Assembly: GCA_032718475.1 (NCBI GenBank) | Contig: JAUCBJ010002028.1 | Span: 1 to 64,000, forward strand | Source: Nemertoderma westbladi | Taxonomy: Eukaryota > Animalia > Xenacoelomorpha | Length of the DNA: 64,000 nt | Reading direction: 5' to 3' | Shown: positions 13,875 through 24,400 of the stretch, in pieces | Layout: each line of letters starts with the position of its first letter | How positions within the stretch are numbered: position 1 is the stretch's first letter | The notes under the pieces: model-generated | What the model was told of the DNA's origin: nothing | What the model saw: only the letters and a program-made list of their open reading frames with translations | Databases searched by the model: none | Made by a program: the position numbers and the translations under genes

Positions 13875-15036
13875 TGTTCACGCTTTCAGACCTTTAGCAG
13901 TTTAACCTGCCAAATTTAGATGTCTTCTAGATTATAAATCGACTTTAGCCTATGACGAGTATTTGATACACTACATTAGCCGAAGCCAGTCTATGCGCGA
14001 CCATTCACCCGCTGGATATACCCGGGAGACTGGATTCGGAAGCTTTGACCTTATTGAGGTGTAGGCCTACTGTATTATTCGACTGATCGTTAATATATAA
14101 TTTCTGACAAATATTATTCACTTTCGGGAAATATTAACAGTTCCTTTAGGACGTGGCGCTCTAAATATGTAAACTGAGTTATGACTTACACTATACACAA
14201 TGGGATGGCTATGGATTCACGTATAAAGCGCATTCTTTAGGAGATGCTTTGTTATCAGTCACAATCATGCACACTACCGCACAATGCTGCACACCGATCT
14301 GCCGACCTTCACTAATTTTAGTCACATATAAAGAGAACAGCAACCGACTCATGTAGTGCCTATGAAATAGCATTAGATTCACTCCAAAACCACTTTAATG
14401 TAAGTTGCAATTGCTATATGTAACCTGTCTCTTACCTTCAGTATATCAAGAAGATTGGGGGTTTTATGATTATTTATCGATATTATCCAAATATAATAAT
14501 ATTCCATCAACTGATATAATTAATAACCGACAGTAAATAGCAGTAAAAATGCGGTGTTTGTAGGTGACAATATGATTTGTAACAATATGGTTTGGTTTGT
14601 TTGGATAACAGTATGACCAAAGCCTACTAATGTTTGGCTAAAGCCTGAAACACAGAAATTCCAAAGCCGGTCTTCTGGCTGTGGACAAAATACACATACT
14701 GACTGAACTGCATGAGTTTCTGTATACAATCTCCAACACAGAGTCAAAAAACGCTCTGATTGGTCGACCGAACAAAGAACGAACAAAGAAAAAGTTACAT
14801 GTGTACATATCAGCTGTTAGATGTCGTCATGGTAACTACACTGTATCAAGAGGATTTTGGCTTACTGCGACACAAGATCGCTAGTTATGTCCGCTAAAGT
14901 ACACATACAGAAGAAATGGCTTTTTATGTCCACTAAAACACCGGTACAGTAAGGAAACGGCTTTTTATGTCCGTTAAAACACCTACAGAGTACTTTGCGG
15001 GGAAAATAACTAGCTAGATCCGCAAAAGCCATTACA
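13875..15036 (-). repeat. 5' LTR of BEL/Pao element (copy 1)
   Basis: tgttcacgctttcagacc ... gccattaca; homologous to 2156-3300, and its last ~140 bp are identical to 3149-3289. Confidence 0.85.
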
Positions 15037-15039
15037 CCG

Positions 15040-15182
15040 CGTATATAAACTACTTTACAAAAGCGTGTATATAAACTACTTTACTTACCCGCGTATATAA
15101 TACTACGTTGTGAGTATATAAACTACTTTATTTAACCCGCGTACATAATACTATGAGTATATAAACTACTTTACTTACCCGC
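15040..15182. repeat. Short degenerate tandem repeat (gtatataaactacttta)
   Basis: Motif recurs about 6 times. Confidence 0.7.
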
Positions 15183-15344
15183 ATATTAGAGTTACAACAG
15201 AGACCTGTTTTTCTTAATCTCGGTAAACCAGAGACCTACCCGGATAATTATTTTTAAAAATACCTGAGACCAGAGCCAGAGATCGGAGACTTTGGAACTG
15301 ATAACTATTTGTCTATAGTTGAATTCTTAAATTAAATAACTCTA

Positions 15345-17315
15345 GTGGAATGCATCCATCTTAAACACAATAATATTTTCGACACAGACGGGGTGGAATA
15401 TTATAAAGCTTTTAGAGCTGATCACCAGAATCACTTTATTAACGAAGGTTTCATCCGAGGCTCAGCCTTTAAATCGACCACCTGGAGATCAGCCGGCCAA
15501 AGGAACCGCCACGTGCTCTGTCGTACGACAGCGCATGGGTTCCACCATAAACTCTGTCGTACGACAGCGCACGGGTTCCACCATAAACTCTGTCGTACGA
15601 CAGCGCACGGGTTCCACCATAAACTCTGTTGTACGACAGCGCACGGGTTACACCATAAACTCTGTCGTACAACAGCGCTCGGGTTCCACCATAAACTCTG
15701 TCGGACGACAGCGCACGGGTTCCACCATAAACTCTGTCGTACGACAGCGCACGGGTTCCACCATAAACTCTGTCGGACGACAGCGCACGGGTACCACCAT
15801 AAACTCTGTCGGACGACAGCGCACGGGTTCCACCATAAACTCTGTCATACGACAGCGCACGGGTTCCACCATAAACTCTGTCGGACGACAGCGCACGGGT
15901 TCCACCACAAACTCTGTCGGACGACAGCGCACGGGTTCCACCATAAACTCTGTCGGACGACAGCGCACGGGTTCCACCATAAACTCTGTCGTACGACAGC
16001 GCACGGGTACCACCATAAACTCTGTTGGACGACAGCGCACGGGTTCCACCATAAACTCTGTCGTACGACAGCGCACGGGTTCCACCATAAACTCTGTCGG
16101 ACAACAGCGCACGGGTTCCACCATAAACTCTGTCGGACGACAGCGCACGGGTTCCACCATAAACTCTGTCGTACAACAGCGCACGGGTTCCACCATAAAC
16201 TCTGTCGGACGACAGCGCACGGGTTCCACCATAAACTCTGTTGGACAACAGCGCACGGGTTCCACCATAAACTCTGTCGTACGACAGCGCACGGGTTCCA
16301 CCATAAACTCTGTCGGACGACAGCGCACAGGTTCCACCAAAAACTCTGTCGTACGACAGCGCACGGGTTCCACCATAAACTCTGTCGGACGACAGCGCAC
16401 GGGTTCCACCATAAATTCTGTCGGACAACAGCGCACGGGTTCCACCATAAACTCTGTCGGACGACAGCGCACGGGTTCCACCATAAACTCTGTCGTACAA
16501 CAGCGCACGGGTTCCACCATAAACTCTGTCGGACGACAGCGCATGGGTTCCACCATAAACTCTGTTGGACGACAGCGCACGGGTTCCACCATAAACTCTG
16601 TCGTACGACAGCGCACGGGTTCCACCATAAACTCTGTCGGACAACAGCGCACGGGTTCCACCATAAACTCTGTCGTACGACAGCGCACGGGTTCCACCAT
16701 AAACTCTGTCGGACGACAGCGCACGGGTTCCACCATAAACTCTGTCGGACGACAGCGCATGGGTTCCACCATAAACTCTGTCGGACGACAGCGCACAGGT
16801 TCCACCATAAACTCTGTCGGACGACAGCGCATGGGTTCAACCATAAACTCTGTCGGACGACAGCGCACGGGTTCCACCATAAACTCTGTCGTACGACAGC
16901 GCACGGGTTCCACCATAAACTCTGTCGGACGACAGCGCACGGGTTCCACCATAAACTCTGTCGTACGACAGCGCACGGGTTCCACCATAAACTCTGTCAT
17001 ACGACAGCGCACGGGTTCCACCATAAACTCTGTCGTACGACAGCGCACGGGTTCCACCATAAACTCTGTCGGACGACAGCGCACGGGTTCCACCATAAAC
17101 TCTGTCGGACGACAGCGCACGGGTTCCACCATAAACTCTGCCTGGACCATCGCCCTTTCCACTCTTTATCCGATTCATGTGCCTGTAAATTCTGCCACTC
17201 GCCCATCACTGACAAATTCCATATCTCGTTCTGTTCATCTGCCCCATTTCTTGTAACTCTAGCGAACGATTTATCTATTTATTTTATATTTCAACATTTG
17301 CTTATTTTACGATGA
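15345..17315 (+). CDS. Open frame encoding (LCRTTAHGFHHK)x45 within a LINE ORF2 C-terminus; expression unknown
   Basis: 656-codon open frame with a GTG start only; it is LINE-derived and the unit is a multiple of 3. Confidence 0.15.
   Translation: MECIHLKHNNIFDTDGVEYYKAFRADHQNHFINEGFIRGSAFKSTTWRSAGQRNRHVLCRTTAHGFHHKLCRTTAHGFHHKLCRTTAHGFHHKLCCTTAHGLHHKLCRTTALGFHHKLCRTTAHGFHHKLCRTTAHGFHHKLCRTTAHGYHHKLCRTTAHGFHHKLCHTTAHGFHHKLCRTTAHGFHHKLCRTTAHGFHHKLCRTTAHGFHHKLCRTTAHGYHHKLCWTTAHGFHHKLCRTTAHGFHHKLCRTTAHGFHHKLCRTTAHGFHHKLCRTTAHGFHHKLCRTTAHGFHHKLCWTTAHGFHHKLCRTTAHGFHHKLCRTTAHRFHQKLCRTTAHGFHHKLCRTTAHGFHHKFCRTTAHGFHHKLCRTTAHGFHHKLCRTTAHGFHHKLCRTTAHGFHHKLCWTTAHGFHHKLCRTTAHGFHHKLCRTTAHGFHHKLCRTTAHGFHHKLCRTTAHGFHHKLCRTTAHGFHHKLCRTTAHRFHHKLCRTTAHGFNHKLCRTTAHGFHHKLCRTTAHGFHHKLCRTTAHGFHHKLCRTTAHGFHHKLCHTTAHGFHHKLCRTTAHGFHHKLCRTTAHGFHHKLCRTTAHGFHHKLCLDHRPFHSLSDSCACKFCHSPITDKFHISFCSSAPFLVTLANDLSIYFIFQHLLILR
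15516..17140 (+). repeat. Minisatellite, 45 x 36 bp (ctctgtcg(t/g)acgacagcgcacgggttccaccataaa)
   Basis: 1620 bp equals exactly 45 units plus a terminal ctctg; no indels. Confidence 0.97.
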
Positions 17316-18190
17316 TATAATAATAATCTTATTTTAGTTAATTAATTTTCCATTTTATTATCGATTCATGTGTGTCGTACATTATATTCCATTTTAACAT
17401 ATTTATATTTATTGGTCAATTGAAATAATGAATAAATTCCCAGTTGCCTCGCTTGGGTGCGTAATGATTTAAACAAAATTGTCTCTGGTTGAATTATAGT
17501 AAATCTATATATCAGCATTCAACCCTTACCCTATGAAAATAAATAAGCGCAAGTACATTGGGTTGGGTTATTGTTACATTTATTGTTATGTAACATTAAA
17601 GTGTAAACTTAGTCATTTACGAATATTTAACGGTAGTGTACAGGTGTGGTACTCTACTCGCCCCCTTTACAAGCCTAGTAGTTACTCTCGTTTCTTTATT
17701 TGGTTGCCTTAATATCCTTCCTACAAGGTGATGAAGAAAAGAGTCCAACCTTAACTTTCACACTTAATCTTTAAGGGTGCACAATGTAAGCACCCTTATC
17801 ATTATATTAGACCCGTCGTTTGGTGCTAATTTATCTTAATTAAAAGCACCTTAAATTTATTAAATAGATTACCAGTACATTTAGTGTGAGTCATTTATTA
17901 AAAATAATGTAAAAGTGAATATATAATTTTGTTGAAGCGGAGTATTCAAAATAGTTAAAAATTAAAGAAGTTATTTATATAGTAAAAAATAATTGAGAAA
18001 AAAAATCTTATTTGTTAATTTTATATTGTATATAGAAAACAAACATATATTTCTAATTTATCAAATCACTGATCTCTGGCTAAAATGTCTGTTTTCAATA
18101 CCCGGGAACCAGAGACCTATCAAGAGACCAAAACATTGCCCGGAGAATCCAGAGAACAGAAATAAGTAACAAGTCTCTGTTTCAACTCTA

Positions 18191-19420
18191 CTATAGACCC
18201 AGGGCGATGTAGGTGATTGATGCAGACTTGCATTAAAGTCTCCCAGGAATGTTAAGAATGCATGCTGATCCACTCCATCAGTAGCTGCTTGTAGATTATG
18301 GTAGAAATTTTTCACCTCCTCTACAGGGGCAACACTATTTGGAGAGTAGCACACAATCAGAACCACCCTAGGAAACTTCTTAGCCAGTCTTCCTGAACAT
18401 GAGAAGTGGCAACGGATGATGCGGTTAGAGATTTGGTCTATTTTGTCCAATGCTGCATGTGCAGTTGGATTCATCAATAGACCAATACCAGTATACCACT
18501 ATTGCCACTATCATCTGCTGATGCGAAGGCGAGTCGCCAACCGCCACCCCATGTCCTTAATCAGAACCTCATCAGTCTGTCCAGTCTGTATTCGGTGCTC
18601 TTGAACACCCACTGCGCTAAGAGAAAGCTTATCTGCCAAGGCAGTCAGCTCACCTTGTCGCATTGGGGACCCGAGTGTTAGGGTGTTTACTGAGGCTAGT
18701 CTAGTGACTTGCCTCAGATTCACCAATGGCTTTGTTGGTCGGGGTGGAACATGAGTAGCCTCTAACTCCAGAATCACTCCCCCTCACAATCTGGCCTCCC
18801 TGGTGACCCAGGGTTTGGGCCGGAAAGGTCATCAGGAAAGGGACTCAAAGAATTGTTTGCCGCTCTCTCTCCAGTAGGGGGTGAGACAGGCAGCCGGTCA
18901 GGAGATAACTGACGCCTGTGAGGCCGATTGTGTCCAGTCATTCCCCTGGCCTCTAGTGGCCGGACCTCCGCATTGCTAATGTAATCCATAGTGGGGGTTG
19001 GGGGGTGCTTTTTTGCCGAGTCAGCTCTCGGGGCAAATACCACACCCTGGTTTGCCATTCCACAGGGTGGGTGTCGCAGTGGAGTCAGATATGAGGCCCA
19101 TCACCCATATCTACTCTGGCGCACATGATCCACCATTGGCTGTGCAGCTCATCTGCTGGGTCATGTCCTGTACCCCTGCTGCCAGGTGCAGGTCGCAGTG
19201 AAGTGCACTCAGAGTGGACATGAGAACACTCTACTCCTGACCAGCCATTGGTAGATCACCATCTGCCTGGCCAGGCCATATACCCCTGCAGTCAAGTATA
19301 TGGGTCCTTAATCCAGGACCAAGGGCGTCCTTATCCCAGAACAAAGGGGGTCCTAGTTACAGGACCAGATTTGCCCTAGTAAGAGGGTCTATGCAGCTAA
19401 AGGTGGCACCTCCTTTATGC
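18191..19420 (-). mobile_element. RTE-like LINE 5' fragment (UTR plus degenerate AP endonuclease)
   Basis: RLASVNTLTL...VGVQEHR (18511-18777) and IVCYSPN...FY..L...LGDFNA (18061-18477); truncated at the hAT-like TIR. Confidence 0.8.
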
Positions 19421-19421
19421 T

Positions 19422-19708
19422 AGTAAAGTAATGTAAAGTAAAGTAAATTTTCTTCGGCCGCTAGGCCAGGGATTACGCACAAATTCTGATGACTTATTTC
19501 CAGTGCGGTCCCCCCAGAACTTTTCTCCCCTGAGGAAACACCAGTACCCATTTAGCTACCACTTAAGGATGCAAGGCAGAGATACACCCTGGCTGGTCCC
19601 TTTAAAGCATTCGTGCCGAAACGAAAACTACCCTGGCCCATGTGAGGATCGAACCCACGATCTACGGGAGATGTGAATTCAATGCAACCACTACACCAAG
19701 GTGGAACC
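19422..19708 (-). mobile_element. tRNA-derived SINE
   Basis: Minus strand has A box TGGTGTAGTGG, B box GGTTCGATCC, a central AAATGGGTAC motif and a (TTTAC)n tail at 19422-19447. Confidence 0.8.
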
Positions 19709-19770
19709 TTGGTGCTGCATGGAAGTGGCAAGTTTTCTTGATCAATGACCTAGAATACCTGACCTGACCA

Positions 19771-20466
19771 TAGTTCAACTCACCGTGGTTGTTACCATGA
19801 AGCCGGAATTTTCTATTTCGCCTTTAAATTTTTTTTATAAGCGTTTTAAAAAAGTGTCTTTTGCGAAATCGTACGCTCCGTATCATTGCCATTCTTCACA
19901 TTAGTCGTATTTTTTTCATATGATTAGAAAGCTGGCGTTACAAGGATTCCAAATATGTAACAATATCTGAATTTCGTTGAGAAACAGCTGAGAAATAGGC
20001 GTTCAAAGATTGCAAGAATTATTGTTCTCTGCAGGCCATTTATTCTATTTAATAAATACACAAAATTCTAGAATGTGTTATTTATTTTAAGAGTTGGTTG
20101 GCAACAGTGGTATGCCTATACAATATCTATATTGCGTAGCTAATCATACATAAACAAATTGTTCCAGAATATTATGTATTTATTAAGTAGATAAATGGCC
20201 TGCCCTGCATCGAACAGTAATTCTTGCAATCTTTGAACGCCTATATCTCAGCTGTTTCTCAACGAAATTCAAACATTGTTACATATTTGGAATCCTTGCA
20301 ACGCAAGCTTTCTATTGATATGAAAAAATTATGACTAATTTGAAGAATGGCAATGATTCGGATAGTTCGATTTCGCAAAAGACACTTTATTAAAACGCTT
20401 ATAAAAAAATTTAAAGGCGAAATAGAAAATTCCGGCTTCATGGTAACACCACGGTGAGTGGAACTA
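19771..20466. mobile_element. Fold-back MITE with ~270-bp inverted arms, TA-flanked
   Basis: tagttcaactcaccgtgg...ccatgaagccggaattttctatttcgcc is the reverse complement of ggcgaaatagaaaattccggcttcatgg...ccacggtgagtggaacta. Confidence 0.9.
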
Positions 20467-20870
20467 GTTGTGTTTTAAATTTCAAGCAATTAAAGATTTG
20501 TAGAAAAATTTGGGGGGTGTCCGTGTCATCAGAAAATGACACTATATTACGGGCCATGGTGTATACTGTTAACATCCCATGAATGAAAAATTACAGAGTG
20601 ACAGATACGAAAACAAGGTCAGTAAAAAATAGCGATTCGGAATAGAAAGGATACTGTAGTGTACGTGTATCAGAACGGTGCCGATAATATATTAAAGGAT
20701 AAATTAATCAATTGTATTTATATATATAACTATTATTCTATAAAGTTTAAATGCTGAAATGTGATAAACTAAATGCAAAATGTATAACTAACTAAGGCCT
20801 ATTCTAAACTAAAATGTAATGACTCAAAATTGTATATAGCGATAAATCAATGTCCTTTCTGTTTTGTTTA

Positions 20871-21359
20871 TCAACTCGTTACTTTGTTTTTTTCTACATC
20901 CTCCCCGGGCGACCAACCGTGAACTTTGGGTAGCGTTGTAGAGTAGCTAACATACTTCTTGTAGGTACCAGTGCGGTTTTCCGAGTGTTCCTGGTACCAC
21001 GCGAGTTTACTAAGAGGCGCCACAGTGGGCGGTATGTCGGTAAGGCGGTGCATCCAGCGGTGCCACTCCGGTGGAATAGTAGAGGCATCGAAGTCTAAAA
21101 ACCGATTAGAGTTGTAGACCACCCACCGATCCCGACCTTGGTAACGCTCCAGGTCGTGGTAGTACTGGTTCCCATAGTGATCGGATCCCACCAAAACTCC
21201 ATATTTCATTGGTCGACCGCGAAGCATGGAGTCAAGGGCGACCCGCTTGAAGCCACCCACAGAAGTGATACACGCCCACACACGTTTAATAGGGTTGTTT
21301 CCCAGTTTAGCGGTTGGTCCTTTATTTATTTGGAATAGTTTACGGTAAAATGACGCCAT
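20871..21359 (-). CDS. NDUFA12: NADH dehydrogenase (ubiquinone) 1 alpha subcomplex subunit 12 (B17.2), intronless, 162 aa
   Basis: Family motifs KYGVLVGSDHYGNQYY, GRDRWVVY, DFDASTIPPEWHRWMH..TD.PPT, H.EN.TGT...YVSYSTT.PKVHGW. The ATG at 21359 is preferred; an alternative ATG lies at 21419. Confidence 0.93.
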   Translation of the reverse strand: MASFYRKLFQINKGPTAKLGNNPIKRVWACITSVGGFKRVALDSMLRGRPMKYGVLVGSDHYGNQYYHDLERYQGRDRWVVYNSNRFLDFDASTIPPEWHRWMHRLTDIPPTVAPLSKLAWYQEHSENRTGTYKKYVSYSTTLPKVHGWSPGEDVEKNKVTS

Positions 21360-21480
21360 TATAATTCCGTAAAGTGTAGGCCTGTATACCTGTATAGTAT
21401 AGTGTATACTGGTATACATACACCATATTGAAAAGTTTTAATGTACATTTTACCGAACACGTTCGGTGCGATTGCGCTTG

Positions 21481-24400
21481 GAGCTGCCGCAGAGATGTGC
21501 TACGCTGAGTACCAGTACCTAAGATGCTGATAGGGCTGGCGCAGAGATGTGCTACGCCGGGTACCAGTACCTAAGATGCTGATAGGGCTGGCATAGAAAT
21601 GTGCTACACCGGGTACCAGTACCTAAGATGCTGATAGGGCTGGCACAGAAATGTGCTACCCCGGGTACCAGTACCTAAGATGCTGATAGGGCTGGCGCAG
21701 AAATGTGCTACGCCGGGTACCAGTACCTAAGATGCTGATAGGGCTGCCGCAGAAATGTGCTACGCACACCTGGTACCAGTACCTAAGATGCTGATAGGGC
21801 TGGCGCAGAAATGTGCTACGCCGGGTACCAGTACCTAAGATGCTGATAGGGCAGGCGCAGAAATGTGCTACACGCACCTGGTACCAGTACCTAAGATGCT
21901 GATAGGGCTGGCGCAGAAATGTGCTACACCATGTACCAGTACCTAAGATGCTGATAGGGCTGGCGCAGAAATGTGCTACGCCGGGTACGAGTACCTAAGA
22001 TGCTGATAGGGCTGGCGCAGAAATGTGCTACGCCGGGTACCAGTACGTAAGATGCTGATAGGGCTGGCGCAGAAATGTGCTACACCAGGTACCAGTACCT
22101 AAGATGCTGATAGGGCTGGTGCAGAAATGTGCTACGCCGGGTACCAGTACCTAAGATGCTGATAGGGCTGGCCTAGAAATGTGCTACACTGGGTACCAGT
22201 ACCTAAGATGCTGATAGGGCTGGCGCAGAAATGTGCTACGCCAGGTACCAGTACCTAAGATGCTGATAGGGCTGGCGCAGAAATGTGCTACACCGGGTAC
22301 CAGTACCTAAGATGCTGATGATAGGGCTGGCGCAGAAATGTGCTACGCCGGGTACCAGTACCTAAGATGCTGATAGGGCTGGCGCAGAAATGTGCTATGC
22401 TGGGTACCAGTACCTAAGATGCTGATAGGGCTGGTGCAGAAATGTGCTACATGCGCCTGGTACCAGTACCTAAGATGCTGATAGGGCTGGCACAGAAATG
22501 TGCTACACCGGGTACCAGTACCTAAGATGCTGATAGGGCTGGTTCAGAAATGTGCTACGCCGGGTACCAGTACCTAAGATGCTGATAGGGCTGGCGTAGA
22601 AATGTGCTACACCAGGTACCAGTACCTAAGATGCTGATAGGGCTGGCACAGAAATGTGCTACCCCGGGTACCAGTACCTAAGATGCTGATAGGGCTGGCG
22701 CAGAAATGTGCTACGCCGGGTACCAGTACCTAAGATACTGATAGGGCTGGCGCAGAAATGTGCTACACGCACCTGGTACCAGTACCTAAGATGCTGATAG
22801 GGCTGGCGCAGAAATGTGCTATGCCGGGTACCAGTACCTAAGATGCTGATAGGGCTGGCGCAAGAAATGTGCTATGCCGGGTACCAGTACCTATGATGCT
22901 GATAGGGCTGGCGCAGAAATGTGCTACACCAGGTACCAGTACCTAAGATGCTGACAGGGCTGGCGCAGAAATGTGCTATGCCGGGTACCAGTAGTACCTA
23001 AGATGCTGATAGGGCTGGTGCAGAAATGTGCTACGCCGGGTACCAGTACCTAAGATGCTGATAGGGCTGGCGCAGAAATGTGCTACACCAGGTACCAGTA
23101 CCTACGATGCTGATAGGGCTGGTGCAGAAATGTGCTACGCCGGGTACCAGTATCTAAGATGCTGATAGGGCTGGCCTAGAAATGTGCTACACTGGGTACC
23201 AGTACCTAAGATGCTGATAGGGCTGGCGCAGAAATGTAGAAATGTGCTACGCCGGGTACCAGTACCTAAGATGCTGATAGGGCTGGCGCAGAAATGTGCT
23301 ACGCCAGGTATCAGTACCTAAGATGCTGATAGGGCTGGTGCAGAAATGTGCTATGCTGGGTACCAGTACCTAAGAAGCTGATAGGGCTGGCGCAGAAATG
23401 TGCTACACCAGGTACCAGTACCTAAGATGCTGATAGGGCTGGCGCAGAAATGTGCTATGGCTGGGTACCTGTACCTAAGATGCTGATAGGGCTGGTGCAG
23501 AAATGTGGTACGCCGGGTACCAGTACCTAAGATGCTGATAGGGCTGGCGCAGAAATGTGCTACGCCGGGTACCAGTACCTAAAATGCTGATAGGGCTGGC
23601 GCAGAAATGTGCTACGCCGGGTACCAGTACCTAAGATGCTGATAGGGCTGGCGCAGAAATGTGCTACGTCGGGTACCAGTACCTAAGATGCTGATAGGGC
23701 TGGCGCAGAAATGTGCTACGCTGGGTACCAGTACCTAAGATGCTGATAGGGCTGGCGCAGAAATGCGCCACGCCAGGTACCAGTACCTAAGATGCTGATA
23801 GGGCTGGCGCAGAAATGTGCTGTGCTGGGTACCAGTACCTAAGATGCCGATAGGGCTGGCGTAGAAATGTGCTACGCTGGGTACCAGTACCTAAGATGCT
23901 GATAGGGCTGGCGCAGAAATGTGCCACACCAGGTACCAGTACCTAAGATGCTGATAGGGCTGGCGCAGAAATGTGCTATGCTGGGTACCAGTACCTAAGA
24001 TGCCGATAGGGCTGGTGCAGAAATGTGCTATGCTGGGTACCAGAACCTAAGATGCTGATAGGGCTGGTGCAGAAATGTGCTATGCTGGGTACCAGTACCT
24101 AAGATGCTGATAGGGCTGGCGCAGAAATGTGCTACGCCGGGCACCATTACCTAAGATGCTGATTGGGCTGGCGCAGAAATGTGCTATGCCGGTTACCAGT
24201 ACCTAAGATGCCTAAAGGGCTGGCGCATGTGCTACGCCGGGTACCAGTGCCTAAGATGCTGATCGGGCTGGCGCAGAAATGTACTACACCAGGTACCAAC
24301 CAGTACCTAAGATGCTGATAGGGCTAGCGCATAAATGTGCTACGCCGGGTACCAGTACCTAAGATGCTGATTGGGCTGGTGCAGAAATGTGCTACACCAG

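Larger units (their letters stand above)
2156..15036 (-). mobile_element. BEL/Pao LTR retrotransposon, non-autonomous (RT/RNase H and integrase deleted), with extra 3' ORF region
   Basis: ~1.15-kb direct repeats at 2156-3300 and 13875-15036 read TGTAA...AACA on the minus strand. A PPT-like GGGAGCGG precedes the 3' LTR (3301-3308). The internal ORFs carry BEL gag, triple Zn-knuckle and protease motifs. No TSD or canonical PBS found. Confidence 0.85.
15326..17478 (+). mobile_element. 5'-truncated LINE (3' end, related to the 46-51 kb element, RTEX-like) with internal 36-bp expansion
   Basis: EGFIRGSAFKSTTW...NRHVLCRTTAHGFHHKLC...FHS...CACKFC...FHISFC aligns with EGYLSGPAFQTSVW...NRHLLTRCTSHGFHHKIC...FHS...CVCRYC...YHVLDC at 51061-51327. 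Ends tgatttaaacaaaa. 17-bp TSD ttgtct(ata/ctg)gttgaatt at 15309-15325 and 17479-17495. Confidence 0.85.
15187..18190. mobile_element. hAT-like non-autonomous DNA element hosting a LINE fragment
   Basis: Imperfect TIRs tagagttacaacagagacctgtt (15187) and aacaagtctctgtttcaactcta (18190); subterminal ccagaga motifs at both ends. No TSD seen. Confidence 0.55.

Noticed and set aside
15516-17140. CRISPR array (36-bp palindromic repeats)
   Set aside because: Units are head-to-tail with no unique spacers, there are no cas genes, the context is eukaryotic, and the unit is LINE coding sequence.
15469-17256. Long alternative-frame ORFs over the 36-bp array
   Set aside because: Automatic consequence of a stop-free unit that is a multiple of 3.
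19487-19545. Hammerhead core ctgatga...gaaac
   Set aside because: No stem II between the motifs, and it lies antisense to the SINE.
19630-19708. tRNA gene
   Set aside because: A and B boxes are present but there is no proper acceptor stem; body and (TTTAC)n tail indicate a SINE.
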